A DNA stretch of 64,000 nt, taken from the NCBI GenBank assembly GCA_029881215.1, contig JAOUNA010000001.1, positions 13,195-77,194 on the forward strand. Direction: 5' to 3'. This document shows, piece after piece, positions 46,878 through 56,205 of the stretch (position 1 is its first letter; each line of letters opens with the position of its first letter). This DNA comes from Myxococcales bacterium (GTDB lineage Bacteria > Myxococcota_A > UBA9160 > SMWR01). The notes beneath the pieces are model-generated. The model did not search any database and was not told where the DNA came from. It was given only the letters and a program-made list of their open reading frames with translations. A program made the position numbers and the translations under genes.

Positions 46878-48941
46878 ATGCCCATGATTCGCATTCGGCG
46901 CCTGATTTGGCTCCTGCCTCCCCTCGGGATCGCCCTGCTCGCGGCTCCCGCGCTGGGGCAGCTGCGCTGCGAGAACGTCCCGCAGTGGAGCCGCGAGTAC
47001 CTCCGCTACCACGTCGTGCAGAAGTCGGTGACGCCGGAGATCGAGGCCCGCACCATCGACACCTACGTGCTGCGCCTCGATCCCTCGCGCAGCATGCTGC
47101 TCGAGAGCGAAGCGGAGGCCGCGCGCGCCTCCTTGGCGGGCATCTTCGAGCGGATGCAGGAGAGCGACTGCGGTCAGCTGCTCGGGCTCCAGGAGGCGAT
47201 GCTGCAGCACTATCGCAGCATGGAGGAGGAAGTCCGGGCCTTCGTCACGCAGGAGACCTACCAGATCGACGAAGACGTCGCGCTGGTGCTCGACCCGGAC
47301 AAGCGCGGCTACCCCCAGAGCGATTCGGCACGCCGAGCGCTGCAGCAGAGTCTGGTGCACTTCCAGATGGCGAACTACTTGAGCGCGGGTGAGTCGCTCG
47401 AAGAGGCCAAGCAGCTGCTCGTGCACCGCTACGAGCTGCGCAGCCGGCGCTTCGCCGAGCTCGACGTGACCGATCTCTACTCGAGCTTCCTCGACTCCTT
47501 CGCCTCGTCGCTGGATCCGCACTCGAACTACCTCTCCGCCGAGACGCTGGAGGATTTCCGCATCTCCATGTCGCTCTCGCTGGAGGGGATCGGCGTGGCG
47601 CTCTCCGAGCGGGACGGCTACTCGGTCGTGGATCACATCATCCCGGGCGGTGCGGCCGATCGACTCGAAGAGGGGCTGCGCGAGAACGACAAGATCATCG
47701 CCGTGGCCGAAGACGGCGGCGAGCCCGTGAACATCATCGACATGCCGCTGCGCGAGGCGGTGAGCCTGATCCGCGGCAAGAAGGGCACCAAGGTGCACCT
47801 CACGGTGCTGCGCAGCTCGAAGCGGCTCCCGATCACGATCGTGCGCGACAAGATCGACCTGGCCGAGCAGGCCGCGAAGCTCCGCTTCGAGATGCGCGAG
47901 GTGGACGGCAAGCCGGTCAAGCTCGCCATCATCGAGCTGCCCTCCTTCTACGGCGACGTCGACCCCACCCGCCGCCAGTGCACCGACGATCTGGAGAAGC
48001 TGCTGGCGACGGTCCGCGAGGAGAAGGCGGACGGCCTGCTCCTCGACCTCTCGCGCAACGGCGGCGGGCTGCTCGAGCACGCCGTCACGATTTCCGGCTT
48101 CTTCATCCGCAAGGGCGAGGTGGTCGGCGTCGAAGACCACCGCGGCAAGCTCAACGTGCTGCGCGACCCCGACGAGCGCATCCTCTACACGGGCCCCCTC
48201 GTCGTGCACACCTCACGGGTGAGCGCCTCCGCCTCCGAGATCGTCGCCGGCGCCCTGAAGGACTACCGACGCGCCGTCATCACCGGAGACGACCACACCT
48301 TCGGCAAGGGGACCGTCCAGACGGTCACGCAGCTGCCGCCCGGCCAGGGCGCGCTCAAGATCACCACCGCCCTCTTCTTCCGCCCGGGCGGACAGTCGAC
48401 GCAGAACGAGGGCGTGCTGGCCGACGTGGCCATTCCCTCTCTGCTCACCGCGGAGGAATTCGGCGAGAGCACGCAGCGCTACGCGCTGCCGAGCCAGCGC
48501 ATCTCGTCCTTCCTGGGGAGCTACGCCAACGCGATCGATCCGGACGATCGTCGCAGCCGCGTGGGAGAAGCGCTGATCACCGAGCTGGCACGGCGCTCAC
48601 ACGAGCGGATCGAGGGCAGCGAGGCGTTCGCGGAGCTCAAGCGCAAGATCGAGGAGGCGCGCGCGAACGACGGCGTGGTGCTGCTCGCCGACTACCGCAA
48701 GGAGCGGGAGCAGGCAGAGGCCGCCGAGCAGGCCAGCGCGGGCGGAGACGCCGAGAGCGGAGAGGCCGCGCAGGGAACGGAGACGGCGCAGGGCGCCGGC
48801 GACGCCGGCGCGCAGGTCGCCGACGCGGGTCACGGCATGGCTACGCCGGCGGAGGGCGAGCCGGATGCGCTGTCGCCGCAGGTGCAAGAGGCGCTGAACG
48901 TGCTGACGGACCTGGTCGTGCTCTCGCAGCACGGCGCCTGA
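46878..48941 (+). CDS. prc: Tail-specific (carboxy-terminal processing) protease, S41 family
   Basis: Signal peptide. PDZ region (GIGV..IIPGGAADR). DLSRNGGG, catalytic Ser in SRVSASASEIVAGAL and Lys in TFGKGTVQ. Confidence 0.85.
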   Translation: MPMIRIRRLIWLLPPLGIALLAAPALGQLRCENVPQWSREYLRYHVVQKSVTPEIEARTIDTYVLRLDPSRSMLLESEAEAARASLAGIFERMQESDCGQLLGLQEAMLQHYRSMEEEVRAFVTQETYQIDEDVALVLDPDKRGYPQSDSARRALQQSLVHFQMANYLSAGESLEEAKQLLVHRYELRSRRFAELDVTDLYSSFLDSFASSLDPHSNYLSAETLEDFRISMSLSLEGIGVALSERDGYSVVDHIIPGGAADRLEEGLRENDKIIAVAEDGGEPVNIIDMPLREAVSLIRGKKGTKVHLTVLRSSKRLPITIVRDKIDLAEQAAKLRFEMREVDGKPVKLAIIELPSFYGDVDPTRRQCTDDLEKLLATVREEKADGLLLDLSRNGGGLLEHAVTISGFFIRKGEVVGVEDHRGKLNVLRDPDERILYTGPLVVHTSRVSASASEIVAGALKDYRRAVITGDDHTFGKGTVQTVTQLPPGQGALKITTALFFRPGGQSTQNEGVLADVAIPSLLTAEEFGESTQRYALPSQRISSFLGSYANAIDPDDRRSRVGEALITELARRSHERIEGSEAFAELKRKIEEARANDGVVLLADYRKEREQAEAAEQASAGGDAESGEAAQGTETAQGAGDAGAQVADAGHGMATPAEGEPDALSPQVQEALNVLTDLVVLSQHGA

Positions 48942-49005
48942 GCGGCGCTGCCGCCGCGACCCCGGGCGCCCTATGCTCAGCGTTCCGCGGACCCGAGGAA
49001 CCCCG

Positions 49006-49275
49006 ATGGCGCTTCGCATTCTCAGCTCGCCGAGCGAGCCCGCCGATCTCGCCGCCGATCTCACCCGATCGATCGCGGCCGCATTGCCCGGCGCCAGCGT
49101 GGAGGTGACGCCGTGCAGCCCGGGACACTTCGAGATCCGCGTGGTGTCGGCATCCTTCGCCGGCAAGAATCGCGTGCAGCAGCAGCAGCTGGTCTACGCC
49201 GCCATCGCGCCGCTCATGCGCGGCGACGCAGCGCCCGTGCACGCCATCGACCGGCTGCAGACCGAGACGCCCTGA
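49006..49275 (+). CDS. BolA family protein
   Basis: GAGGAA ribosome-binding site plus ATG at 49006. GHFEIRVVSASFAGKNRVQQQQLVYAAI and PVHAI match the BolA/IbaG pattern. Confidence 0.75.
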   Translation: MALRILSSPSEPADLAADLTRSIAAALPGASVEVTPCSPGHFEIRVVSASFAGKNRVQQQQLVYAAIAPLMRGDAAPVHAIDRLQTETP

Positions 49276-49297
49276 GGCGGAGCGCGGGGCCAGCGCG

Positions 49298-50227
49298 TCA
49301 GACGCCGCGCTGGCGCGCGCGGCGGCGCTGAAACGCCGCGCCTTCAGCCCGCGTCATCAGGCGTCCGGCGGGCCCGAGGGCGGTGCAGCACAAGGCGCCG
49401 GCGCGCGCCGCCCGCTCGAGGTTGGTCCGCAGCGCGAGTGCCTGACACAGACCGGCCGCGAAGGCGCCGTGGAAGGCATCGCCCGCGCCGGTCGTGTCCC
49501 GGACGCGCACGCGGGGCGCGTCGAAGCGGCGCACCCGTCCGGCGTCCAGGTAGAGACCGCCGCGCGCGCCCAGCGTGACGACGGGGGTGCCGCCGGACTC
49601 GGCGTGCAGGCGCCGCAGCGCCTCGCGCGGTGCGCCGGGGGCGTAGGCGCGGGCGAATTCGAGGGGCACGATGGGGTAGTCCACGTACGGCAGCAGGCGC
49701 AGCAGCTCCGGCAGCGGCCGGTGGAAGTCCGCCACCACGGGCGCCCCGACGGCGCGCGCGCGGCGCACCGCGCGCAGGGCCTGGGCGGGGAAGTGACCGT
49801 CGACGAGCAGCACCGCGCGCGCATCGATGGGGGTGAGATCGAAGGCGGGCACGCCGCGTTCGAGCCGGCGGCGATCCGCCACCAGGAAGCGACGCGCACC
49901 GCTGCGGCGCTCCACCTGCACCACGGCCACGGTGGTGGGGCGGCGCGCGTCGCGAACGAGGCGGCGCGTGACGACGCCCGCGGCGCTCAGGGTGCGCCGC
50001 ACGAAGCGCCCCTCGGCGTCGTCGCCCACCAGCGAGAGCACGTGCGCCGCGCAGCCGAGCCGCGCGACCTGGACCAGCGCGTTGCCCACCATGCCTCCGC
50101 TCGTCACGCGGCGCTCGACGTAACGCACGCGCTCGGCGCGAGGGTCGAGCGCCTCGACCACGTAGAGGTGATCGACGACGCACAACCCGAGCCCGACGAC
50201 CCGACCGGCGCCCTTTCGCGCGGACAC
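49298..50227 (-). CDS. PfkB-family carbohydrate/nucleoside kinase
   Basis: GGAGG ribosome-binding site plus GTG at 50227. VVGLGLCVVDH, GGMVGNAL and signature DTTGAGDAFHGAF. Confidence 0.8.
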   Translation of the reverse strand: MSARKGAGRVVGLGLCVVDHLYVVEALDPRAERVRYVERRVTSGGMVGNALVQVARLGCAAHVLSLVGDDAEGRFVRRTLSAAGVVTRRLVRDARRPTTVAVVQVERRSGARRFLVADRRRLERGVPAFDLTPIDARAVLLVDGHFPAQALRAVRRARAVGAPVVADFHRPLPELLRLLPYVDYPIVPLEFARAYAPGAPREALRRLHAESGGTPVVTLGARGGLYLDAGRVRRFDAPRVRVRDTTGAGDAFHGAFAAGLCQALALRTNLERAARAGALCCTALGPAGRLMTRAEGAAFQRRRARQRGV

Positions 50228-50317
50228 TGCACCTCCTGGCAACCACGGATTCGACGCGGGGAGCAGTACCGCACCCGGCGCGCGGTCGCTCCCTGTGGAT
50301 TGTGGTACCTCTCTCGC

Positions 50318-51949
50318 GTGCTGCGAAACGGGCGAGTCGGAAGCAACGGGTGGCGCGCCCGGATCCTGTGCGGGGCTGCCGCGCTCGCCACGGCTGCGCT
50401 CGCGGCGGCGGCCGGGGCCGAAGCGGAACGCAGCGACTCCGGCTTCGCGCGGGGCGTGGTATTTCGCGACAGCGATCGCGACGGCGTGCGCGACGCGGGC
50501 GAGTGGGGCGTACGCGGCGTGGCCGTCTCGAACGGGCGCGAGGTGGTGCGCAGCGACTGGCGCGGCCGGTATCGCATCGCCGTGGACGACGACACCGCCC
50601 TCTTCGTGATCAAGCCACGCGGCTACGCGACACCCGTCTCCGCAGAGCGCCTGCCCCGCTTCTACTACCTGCACAAGCCCAGCGGATCGCCGAGCGACCT
50701 GGCGCATCCCGGTGTGGCGCCCACGGGTCCGCTGCCTGACACGATCGACTTTCCGCTGATCCGCAGCCGCGAGCCGGATGCCTTCCGCATGCTGCTCTTC
50801 GGCGACACGCAGCCGTACACCCTGGAAGAACTCGGCTTCCTGTCCCACGACGTGATCGAGCCTCTGATCGGCGCGGATGTCGCCTTCGGCATGACGCTCG
50901 GCGATCTGGTCGGCGACGACCTGAGCCTCTTCGAGCCGCTCAATCGCGCCATCGCACAGATCGGCGTGCCCTGGTACAACGCGCTCGGCAATCACGACAT
51001 GAACTTCCGGGCGCGAAACGACGCGGACTCGGACGACAGCTTCGAGCGCGTCTACGGTCCACCGACCTACGCGTTCCAGGTGGGCCGCGTGCACTTCGTG
51101 GTGCTCGACGACGTCATCTACGAGGGCTGGAACGACGCGGAGAACCGCCGGGGTCGCTATCGCGAAGGCCTGACGGACGACCAGCTCGCGTTCGTGCGCA
51201 ACTACCTCGCCGGCGTTCCCCGCCGCGATCTGGTCGTCCTCGCCCTGCACATCCCGATCGGCGGCCTCGAGCGGCACCAGCTGCCGCAGCGCCGCGCGCT
51301 CTTCGAAGCGCTCGCGGCGCACCCCCACACGCTGTCCCTCTCCGCGCACACGCACATCCAGTATCACCACTTCTTCGGGCAGGAAGACGGCCTGGCGGCC
51401 GGGCGCACGCACCATCATCTGAACCAGGCGACCACGTGTGGGAGCTGGTGGCTCGGCGCTCTCGACGAGCTGGGCATCCCGCACGCGACCATGCGCGACG
51501 GCGCTCCGAACGGCTACTCGATCGTGCACTTCGACGGCAACGCGTATCGCGTGGAGTTCCGCGCGGCGCGCAGACCCGCCGACTACCAGATGAACGTGAT
51601 CGCACCGGAAGCGGTGCGCGCCGAGTCGGCGGGCAGCACCGAGGTGCTGGTCAACGTGTTCGCGGGCTCCGAGCGCTCCAGTGTCGAGATGCGCCTCGGC
51701 GTGGCGGACGCGTGGCGGCCGCTGCAGCGCGTGCTGCGCGCCGATCCGCTCTACGAGGAAGTCGTCGCGCGCGAGGGCGACGCCACGCGCCGGCGCGACT
51801 ACGCCCTGCCGTCGCCCGAGGCGTCGCGCCACCTCTGGCGCGGCACGCTGCCGGAGAATCCGCCGCGCGGCACGGCGGCCCTCGAAGTGCGCACCCGTGA
51901 CATGTTCGGCCAGGTGTACAGCGCGCACCGCCTGATCCGCATCGAGTGA
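50318..51949 (+). CDS. Secreted calcineurin-like metallophosphoesterase (three-domain type)
   Basis: Signal peptide. N-terminal beta domain (FRDSDRDGVRD..GVAVSNG). LLFGDTQ, LGDLVGDD, LGNHD and SAHTH. C-terminal domain. GTG at 50318; TTG at 50300 is an alternative start. Confidence 0.8.
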   Translation: MLRNGRVGSNGWRARILCGAAALATAALAAAAGAEAERSDSGFARGVVFRDSDRDGVRDAGEWGVRGVAVSNGREVVRSDWRGRYRIAVDDDTALFVIKPRGYATPVSAERLPRFYYLHKPSGSPSDLAHPGVAPTGPLPDTIDFPLIRSREPDAFRMLLFGDTQPYTLEELGFLSHDVIEPLIGADVAFGMTLGDLVGDDLSLFEPLNRAIAQIGVPWYNALGNHDMNFRARNDADSDDSFERVYGPPTYAFQVGRVHFVVLDDVIYEGWNDAENRRGRYREGLTDDQLAFVRNYLAGVPRRDLVVLALHIPIGGLERHQLPQRRALFEALAAHPHTLSLSAHTHIQYHHFFGQEDGLAAGRTHHHLNQATTCGSWWLGALDELGIPHATMRDGAPNGYSIVHFDGNAYRVEFRAARRPADYQMNVIAPEAVRAESAGSTEVLVNVFAGSERSSVEMRLGVADAWRPLQRVLRADPLYEEVVAREGDATRRRDYALPSPEASRHLWRGTLPENPPRGTAALEVRTRDMFGQVYSAHRLIRIE

Positions 51950-51973
51950 AGCGCAGCTGAGCCGCGCGCGGCG

Positions 51974-52732
51974 CTAGCGTCGCTCGCGCGCCCAGAGCAT
52001 GGCCACGTGCGCGCGGTGCGCCGCGATGCGCTGCGGATCCCGGAAGATCGGGATCAGCAGCGCGCCCGCCGCGAAGCCGCCCACGTGCGCCCAGAACGCC
52101 ACGCCCCCGCCCGCTCCCTCGAGCGCGGGAATGCCACCCAGAATCTGCAGCAGGAACCAGTAGCCGAGCATGAACCAGGCGGGCACGATGAGGCGCGTGA
52201 AGAAGAAGCCCAGGAAGATGAGCATGTGCACGGACACGCGCGGATAGAGCAGCGCGTAGGCGCCCATCACGCCGCTGATCGCACCGGAGGCGCCGACCAT
52301 CGGCACCGGGCTGCCGGGGCTCGCGAACATCTGCACGGCGACGGCCGCGAGGCCGCACAGCACGTAGAAGAGCGCGAACCGGAGCGGTCCCATCGAATCC
52401 TCGACGTTGTCCCCGAACACGGAGAGGAACCAGAGGTTGCCGATGATGTGGAACCAGCCCCCGTGCAGGAACATCGAGGTGAGCGGCGTGAGCCAGTTGG
52501 GGTCTCCGCCGATCACGCACGACATCCCCTGCCCCATCGGCACGACCGTCCCGTGCGGCAGCGTGCCGAGCAGATCCCCAGGAATCGCGCCGAGCTCGCA
52601 GATCGACTGCGAGAGTGCCGGCTCGGAGCCCAGCCCCTGCACGAAGATCCACGCGGCGATGTTCATGCCGATGATGGCGAACGTCGCAACGGAGGTGCCG
52701 AGCGTGGGATTGTCGTCGCGTAGGGGAAACAT
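51974..52732 (-). CDS. Rhomboid family intramembrane serine protease
   Basis: FLHGGWFHIIGNLWFL, catalytic GASGAISGVMG and a downstream AHVGGF His. About 6 transmembrane helices. Confidence 0.9.
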   Translation of the reverse strand: MFPLRDDNPTLGTSVATFAIIGMNIAAWIFVQGLGSEPALSQSICELGAIPGDLLGTLPHGTVVPMGQGMSCVIGGDPNWLTPLTSMFLHGGWFHIIGNLWFLSVFGDNVEDSMGPLRFALFYVLCGLAAVAVQMFASPGSPVPMVGASGAISGVMGAYALLYPRVSVHMLIFLGFFFTRLIVPAWFMLGYWFLLQILGGIPALEGAGGGVAFWAHVGGFAAGALLIPIFRDPQRIAAHRAHVAMLWARERR

Positions 52733-52791
52733 GTGAGCCGGTTGTCAGGGGCCGAGCTTAGCGCGCGCCGATCACCGCCAGCGCGCGAGAT

Positions 52792-55125
52792 CTAGGGCGC
52801 CGTCCCGGTCTGGGTCTCGGCGAAGGTCCGGCCATCCGCGCAGCGAAAGCCGATGCGCGGGTCGCGAACGCGGGCGTCAACGCGCTCACGGAACGAAGCG
52901 CGCACCGGCAGCGAAGCGCTGCGCCACGAGCCGCCCCGCACGACGCGCGTGCCCTCCTCGCCGTTCTCCCAGTCGCTCGCCGTCCACTCGAGCACGTTGC
53001 CCGCCATGTCGAAGAGGCCGTAGGGGCTGCGTCCCGCCTCGCGGCTGCCCACCGGCCAGGTGGCGCCCGTGCCGCAGCCGTCGACGCCGCGCTCCAGCAT
53101 CACGGCGCGCTGACAGGTCGCTGCGTCGTTGCCCCACGGATAGCTGCGCCCGTCCGTGCCGCGCGCCGCCTTCTCCCACTCCCGCTCCGTCGGCAGGCGC
53201 TTGCCGACCCAGCCGCAGTAGGCGCGCGCCTGCTCCCAATCGACGCAGTTGACCGGGTGATCGCCGCGTCCCGGCACGTTCCAGTTGCATGCGTCGTCGA
53301 TGCCCGGCGCGCTACAGTGGCTCGCCTTTACGCAGCTCATGTACTCGCTGACGCGCACCTCGGTGCGATCGATGCGGAACGGTGGCAACGTGGCGGGCGC
53401 GCCCAACCACTCCTGCTCGGTGCACGAGCCGTCCTGCGCCTCGGTGCAGCCGTAGAAGAACGCACCGCCCGGAACGTCGACGAGCTTGATGGCGGCGCGC
53501 ATCTCCGGCGGCACCGGCGGCGCGGCGGACACCTCCGGCGCCGTCTTCTGCGCCGCGCGCTCCTTCGCGCTCGCCTCCGCCTCTGCACGCGCCTCTGCTT
53601 CGGCGCGCGCCTCGCGTTCGGCTTCGGCGCGCGCCTCGGCCTCGGCCCGCGCCACCCGCTCCGCCTCCGCGCGCGCTTCGGCCTCCGCGCGAGCCGCAGC
53701 CACCGCGCGCCGCCCCTCCTCGACGGCGACGCGGAAGTGCTGGGCGGCGCGCTGCAGGTCCGGCGCGACCAGCGCAAAATCGCCGCGCTCGAGCACCTCG
53801 AGGGCGCGCTCGAGCACCTCGTCGCCGGCCAGCGACGCCGGGGATTCCTCGAGCCCGGCGGATCCCGCCAGCGCCAGCCACGCGGCCTTGGCGGCGTACG
53901 CCTCGGAGCGCGCCCCGAGCGCCTCCTCCGCCTCGTCGAGCAGCTGCAGCGTCCGCTCGAAACGCGCGCGCGCCTCGGTGAAGGCCTCGTGCGCGCGGCG
54001 ATCCGCGCCGGAGCGCGCGAGCTCGCTGCCGAGCTCCATCTTTCCGTACGCCACGGCGAGATCGCTGCCGCCGAAGATGTGGTGCTCGCTCAGCTCGGCG
54101 AGGTCGCTCGCGAGCGCCTGACGCGCGCGCGCTTGCAGCAGATCCGCCGCGATCTGTTCGCGCGCGACATCCTCGACCGCACTCGCGAGCTCCTGCTCGA
54201 GACCGGCGACGCGGTCGCGTGTCTGATCGGCGCGGTTCTGGAGATCGCGGCGCTCCTCGGTGATGCGGCGGCGCAGATACTCGGCGGCGCTCTGCGCCTC
54301 GACCACGGCCGGATCCGGACCGCGCGGCGCCAGCCGGCGCAGGTGCTGCACGAGATCGGTATCGGTCCACCACGCGTAGCCAAGCACGCCGCTGATCAAC
54401 AGCACCGAGAACGAGAACGCGAGGGCGAGGCTGCGGGCGACGCCGCGCCGGGGCGCCCCGCCCGGGCCGTCCGACGCCTCGATTTCCGCCAGCGGCCCGC
54501 CGACCTCGTCGGGCGCGACGCCCTGGGCGAGATCGCGCGCCGCCTCTGCGTCGCGATGCGGTGTCGCGCGGACGGCCTCGAAGGCCTCCGTCGCCACCTG
54601 GGTCTCGTAGCGGACTCCCGGTGCTGCGCCCGAATGGGGCACGGCCGCCACCGCCGCCGGAGCGGGTGTGCCTTCGCGTCCGGGCAGCGCAGCACATGTG
54701 CGATAGGCATCGTCCACCTCGGCGCGCGCCTCGCGGCAGCGGCTGCGCAGCGTCTCGGTCGGCGCGCTCTCGAGCTCGCGCTCGAGCTCCTTGCAGAGCG
54801 ACACATAGGCGGACGCCACCTCGAAGGGGGACGCGGACGGCGCGAGCCCCAGGACGTGCCAGGCATGCGCCCCCGCATCCCTGCGCGTCTCCTCCGGCGC
54901 GATCCCGCTCTCGAGCGCCGCGGGATCGAGCGCGGAGAGCACGGCGATACGCGCCGCGTCGAGCTCCGCGCGCGCGTCTCCGAAGCGGCGCCGGATGGCC
55001 GCGGTGGGGGCGCGCGCGATGCGCGCGTCGATGTCGTCGCACAGGCCCCGATAGGCGGCGTCCACCGCCGCCACCGACGCATCCCTCTCGAGTCCGAGCG
55101 CCTCGAAGGCGCGCTGCAGCTCCAT
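52792..55125 (-). CDS. Bitopic protein: two HPD-less J-like modules, transmembrane segment, coiled coil, EAR repeats, C-terminal FGE-sulfatase (SUMF1-like) domain
   Basis: ATG at 55125. ALGLERDASVAAVDAAYRGL and VLGLAPSASPFEVASAYVSL are J-helix-like without HPD. Transmembrane segment LALAFSFSVLLISGVLGYAWW. C-terminal HPVNCVDWEQARAYCGWVGKRLPTEREWEKAARG, GLFDMAGNVLEWT and RVVRGGSW. Confidence 0.75.
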   Translation of the reverse strand: MELQRAFEALGLERDASVAAVDAAYRGLCDDIDARIARAPTAAIRRRFGDARAELDAARIAVLSALDPAALESGIAPEETRRDAGAHAWHVLGLAPSASPFEVASAYVSLCKELERELESAPTETLRSRCREARAEVDDAYRTCAALPGREGTPAPAAVAAVPHSGAAPGVRYETQVATEAFEAVRATPHRDAEAARDLAQGVAPDEVGGPLAEIEASDGPGGAPRRGVARSLALAFSFSVLLISGVLGYAWWTDTDLVQHLRRLAPRGPDPAVVEAQSAAEYLRRRITEERRDLQNRADQTRDRVAGLEQELASAVEDVAREQIAADLLQARARQALASDLAELSEHHIFGGSDLAVAYGKMELGSELARSGADRRAHEAFTEARARFERTLQLLDEAEEALGARSEAYAAKAAWLALAGSAGLEESPASLAGDEVLERALEVLERGDFALVAPDLQRAAQHFRVAVEEGRRAVAAARAEAEARAEAERVARAEAEARAEAEREARAEAEARAEAEASAKERAAQKTAPEVSAAPPVPPEMRAAIKLVDVPGGAFFYGCTEAQDGSCTEQEWLGAPATLPPFRIDRTEVRVSEYMSCVKASHCSAPGIDDACNWNVPGRGDHPVNCVDWEQARAYCGWVGKRLPTEREWEKAARGTDGRSYPWGNDAATCQRAVMLERGVDGCGTGATWPVGSREAGRSPYGLFDMAGNVLEWTASDWENGEEGTRVVRGGSWRSASLPVRASFRERVDARVRDPRIGFRCADGRTFAETQTGTAP
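53566..53697. repeat. In-frame low-complexity tandem repeat encoding (A/E)EARAEAE units
   Basis: The minus-strand frame encodes AEAEARAEAERVARAEAEARAEAEREARAEAEARAEAEAS. The nucleotide level shows imperfect gcctc(g/c)gc periodicity. Confidence 0.7.
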
Positions 55126-55245
55126 GCGTGATTGGGTCCCTTGGGTGACGCGCGTGATCGGGGGCGGATCACGCGCCTCGCGGCGGCGCCGCAAAAGTAT
55201 GGGGCGCCTGCCTGCGCACCGCCAAGTTGGGCGCTCCGCGCGCCC

Positions 55246-56169
55246 TCAGGCCGCTCCCTGCCGTTCCGACGGCTCCGCTGGCCCCGCGGCCTCCGCCTCG
55301 GGGGCCGCCGCACGCGGCGCCAGCGGGTACTGGATGTGGTAGCGGCGATCCTGGCGCGCCCAGCGCGCCAGGCGGCGCTCCACCCAGGCACGCACCGCGC
55401 GCACGAGCGGGCGGCGGCGCTCCGCGAGGCCCGGCTCGTGCTGCAGGTAGCCGTGCAGGAAGCGCGCGCGATCCGTGCGCGGGAGCCACGGGTAGAGGTC
55501 GCTGGCGAAGGCCTCGAGCTGGCCCAGGGCGCGCACCCGCCGCCGCCAGCTCGGGCGCTGACGCCGCGCCAGCGCATCGAGATCGATCAACACAAGGCGC
55601 CGGTCCGGCGTGACGAGCAGGTTGGAGTGCTTGAGGTCCGTGTGATCGAAGCCGGCGGCGTGCAGGCGACCCACCAGCTCTCCGATGGCGTGGGCGAGCT
55701 CGCGGCGCTCGCGCGGCACGCGCCGGATCTCCGGCAGCACGGCGGGCAGCGGCTGCGTGCCCTCGAGAAAACGCGTCAGCAGGAAGCTCTCGATGACGAG
55801 ACCCAGACGTCGCCGCTCCGCGATCGCGAGGGTTTCGGGATGGAGCATCCCGATGGCGTGCAGGTGCTCCGCGCCGACGTGCGCGCGGACGGCGCGCGAG
55901 CCTCGCAATGCGTCGGAGATCACGCCGCGCAGTCCGCGCCAGTGATTCCACTTGACCGCGAGGTCGAGTGCCCCGCCGCGCGCCGCGACGCGCACGCGAC
56001 TCACCGAAGAGCCGGGCCCGTAGGCTTCGCAGCGGCGCGTGCCGTGCGCGGCGTTCTCGCGATGGCGCTCGATGGCTTGACACACCAGGGCGGGCTCCAC
56101 GTCGGCGCGGTGCACGATGCGCAGGCCCCGGTCGCGGGCCTCCAGGAAGACGGGGCGGCGGGTGGCCAT
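55246..56169 (-). CDS. Lipopolysaccharide kinase (Kdo/WaaP/InaA) family protein
   Basis: Kinase-fold catalytic loop FDHTDLKHSNLLV and LIDLD. Length and overall pattern match PF06293-type kinases. Confidence 0.7.
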   Translation of the reverse strand: MATRRPVFLEARDRGLRIVHRADVEPALVCQAIERHRENAAHGTRRCEAYGPGSSVSRVRVAARGGALDLAVKWNHWRGLRGVISDALRGSRAVRAHVGAEHLHAIGMLHPETLAIAERRRLGLVIESFLLTRFLEGTQPLPAVLPEIRRVPRERRELAHAIGELVGRLHAAGFDHTDLKHSNLLVTPDRRLVLIDLDALARRQRPSWRRRVRALGQLEAFASDLYPWLPRTDRARFLHGYLQHEPGLAERRRPLVRAVRAWVERRLARWARQDRRYHIQYPLAPRAAAPEAEAAGPAEPSERQGAA

Positions 56170-56205
56170 GCGACGACGGTAGCGCGTCGGCGGCGGCGAC
56201 CCCGG

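Noticed and set aside
53566-53697. Possible CRISPR-like or noncoding tandem repeat.
   Set aside because: The repeats are short, imperfect, in frame and lie inside a well-supported CDS. There is no repeat-spacer architecture and there are no cas genes.
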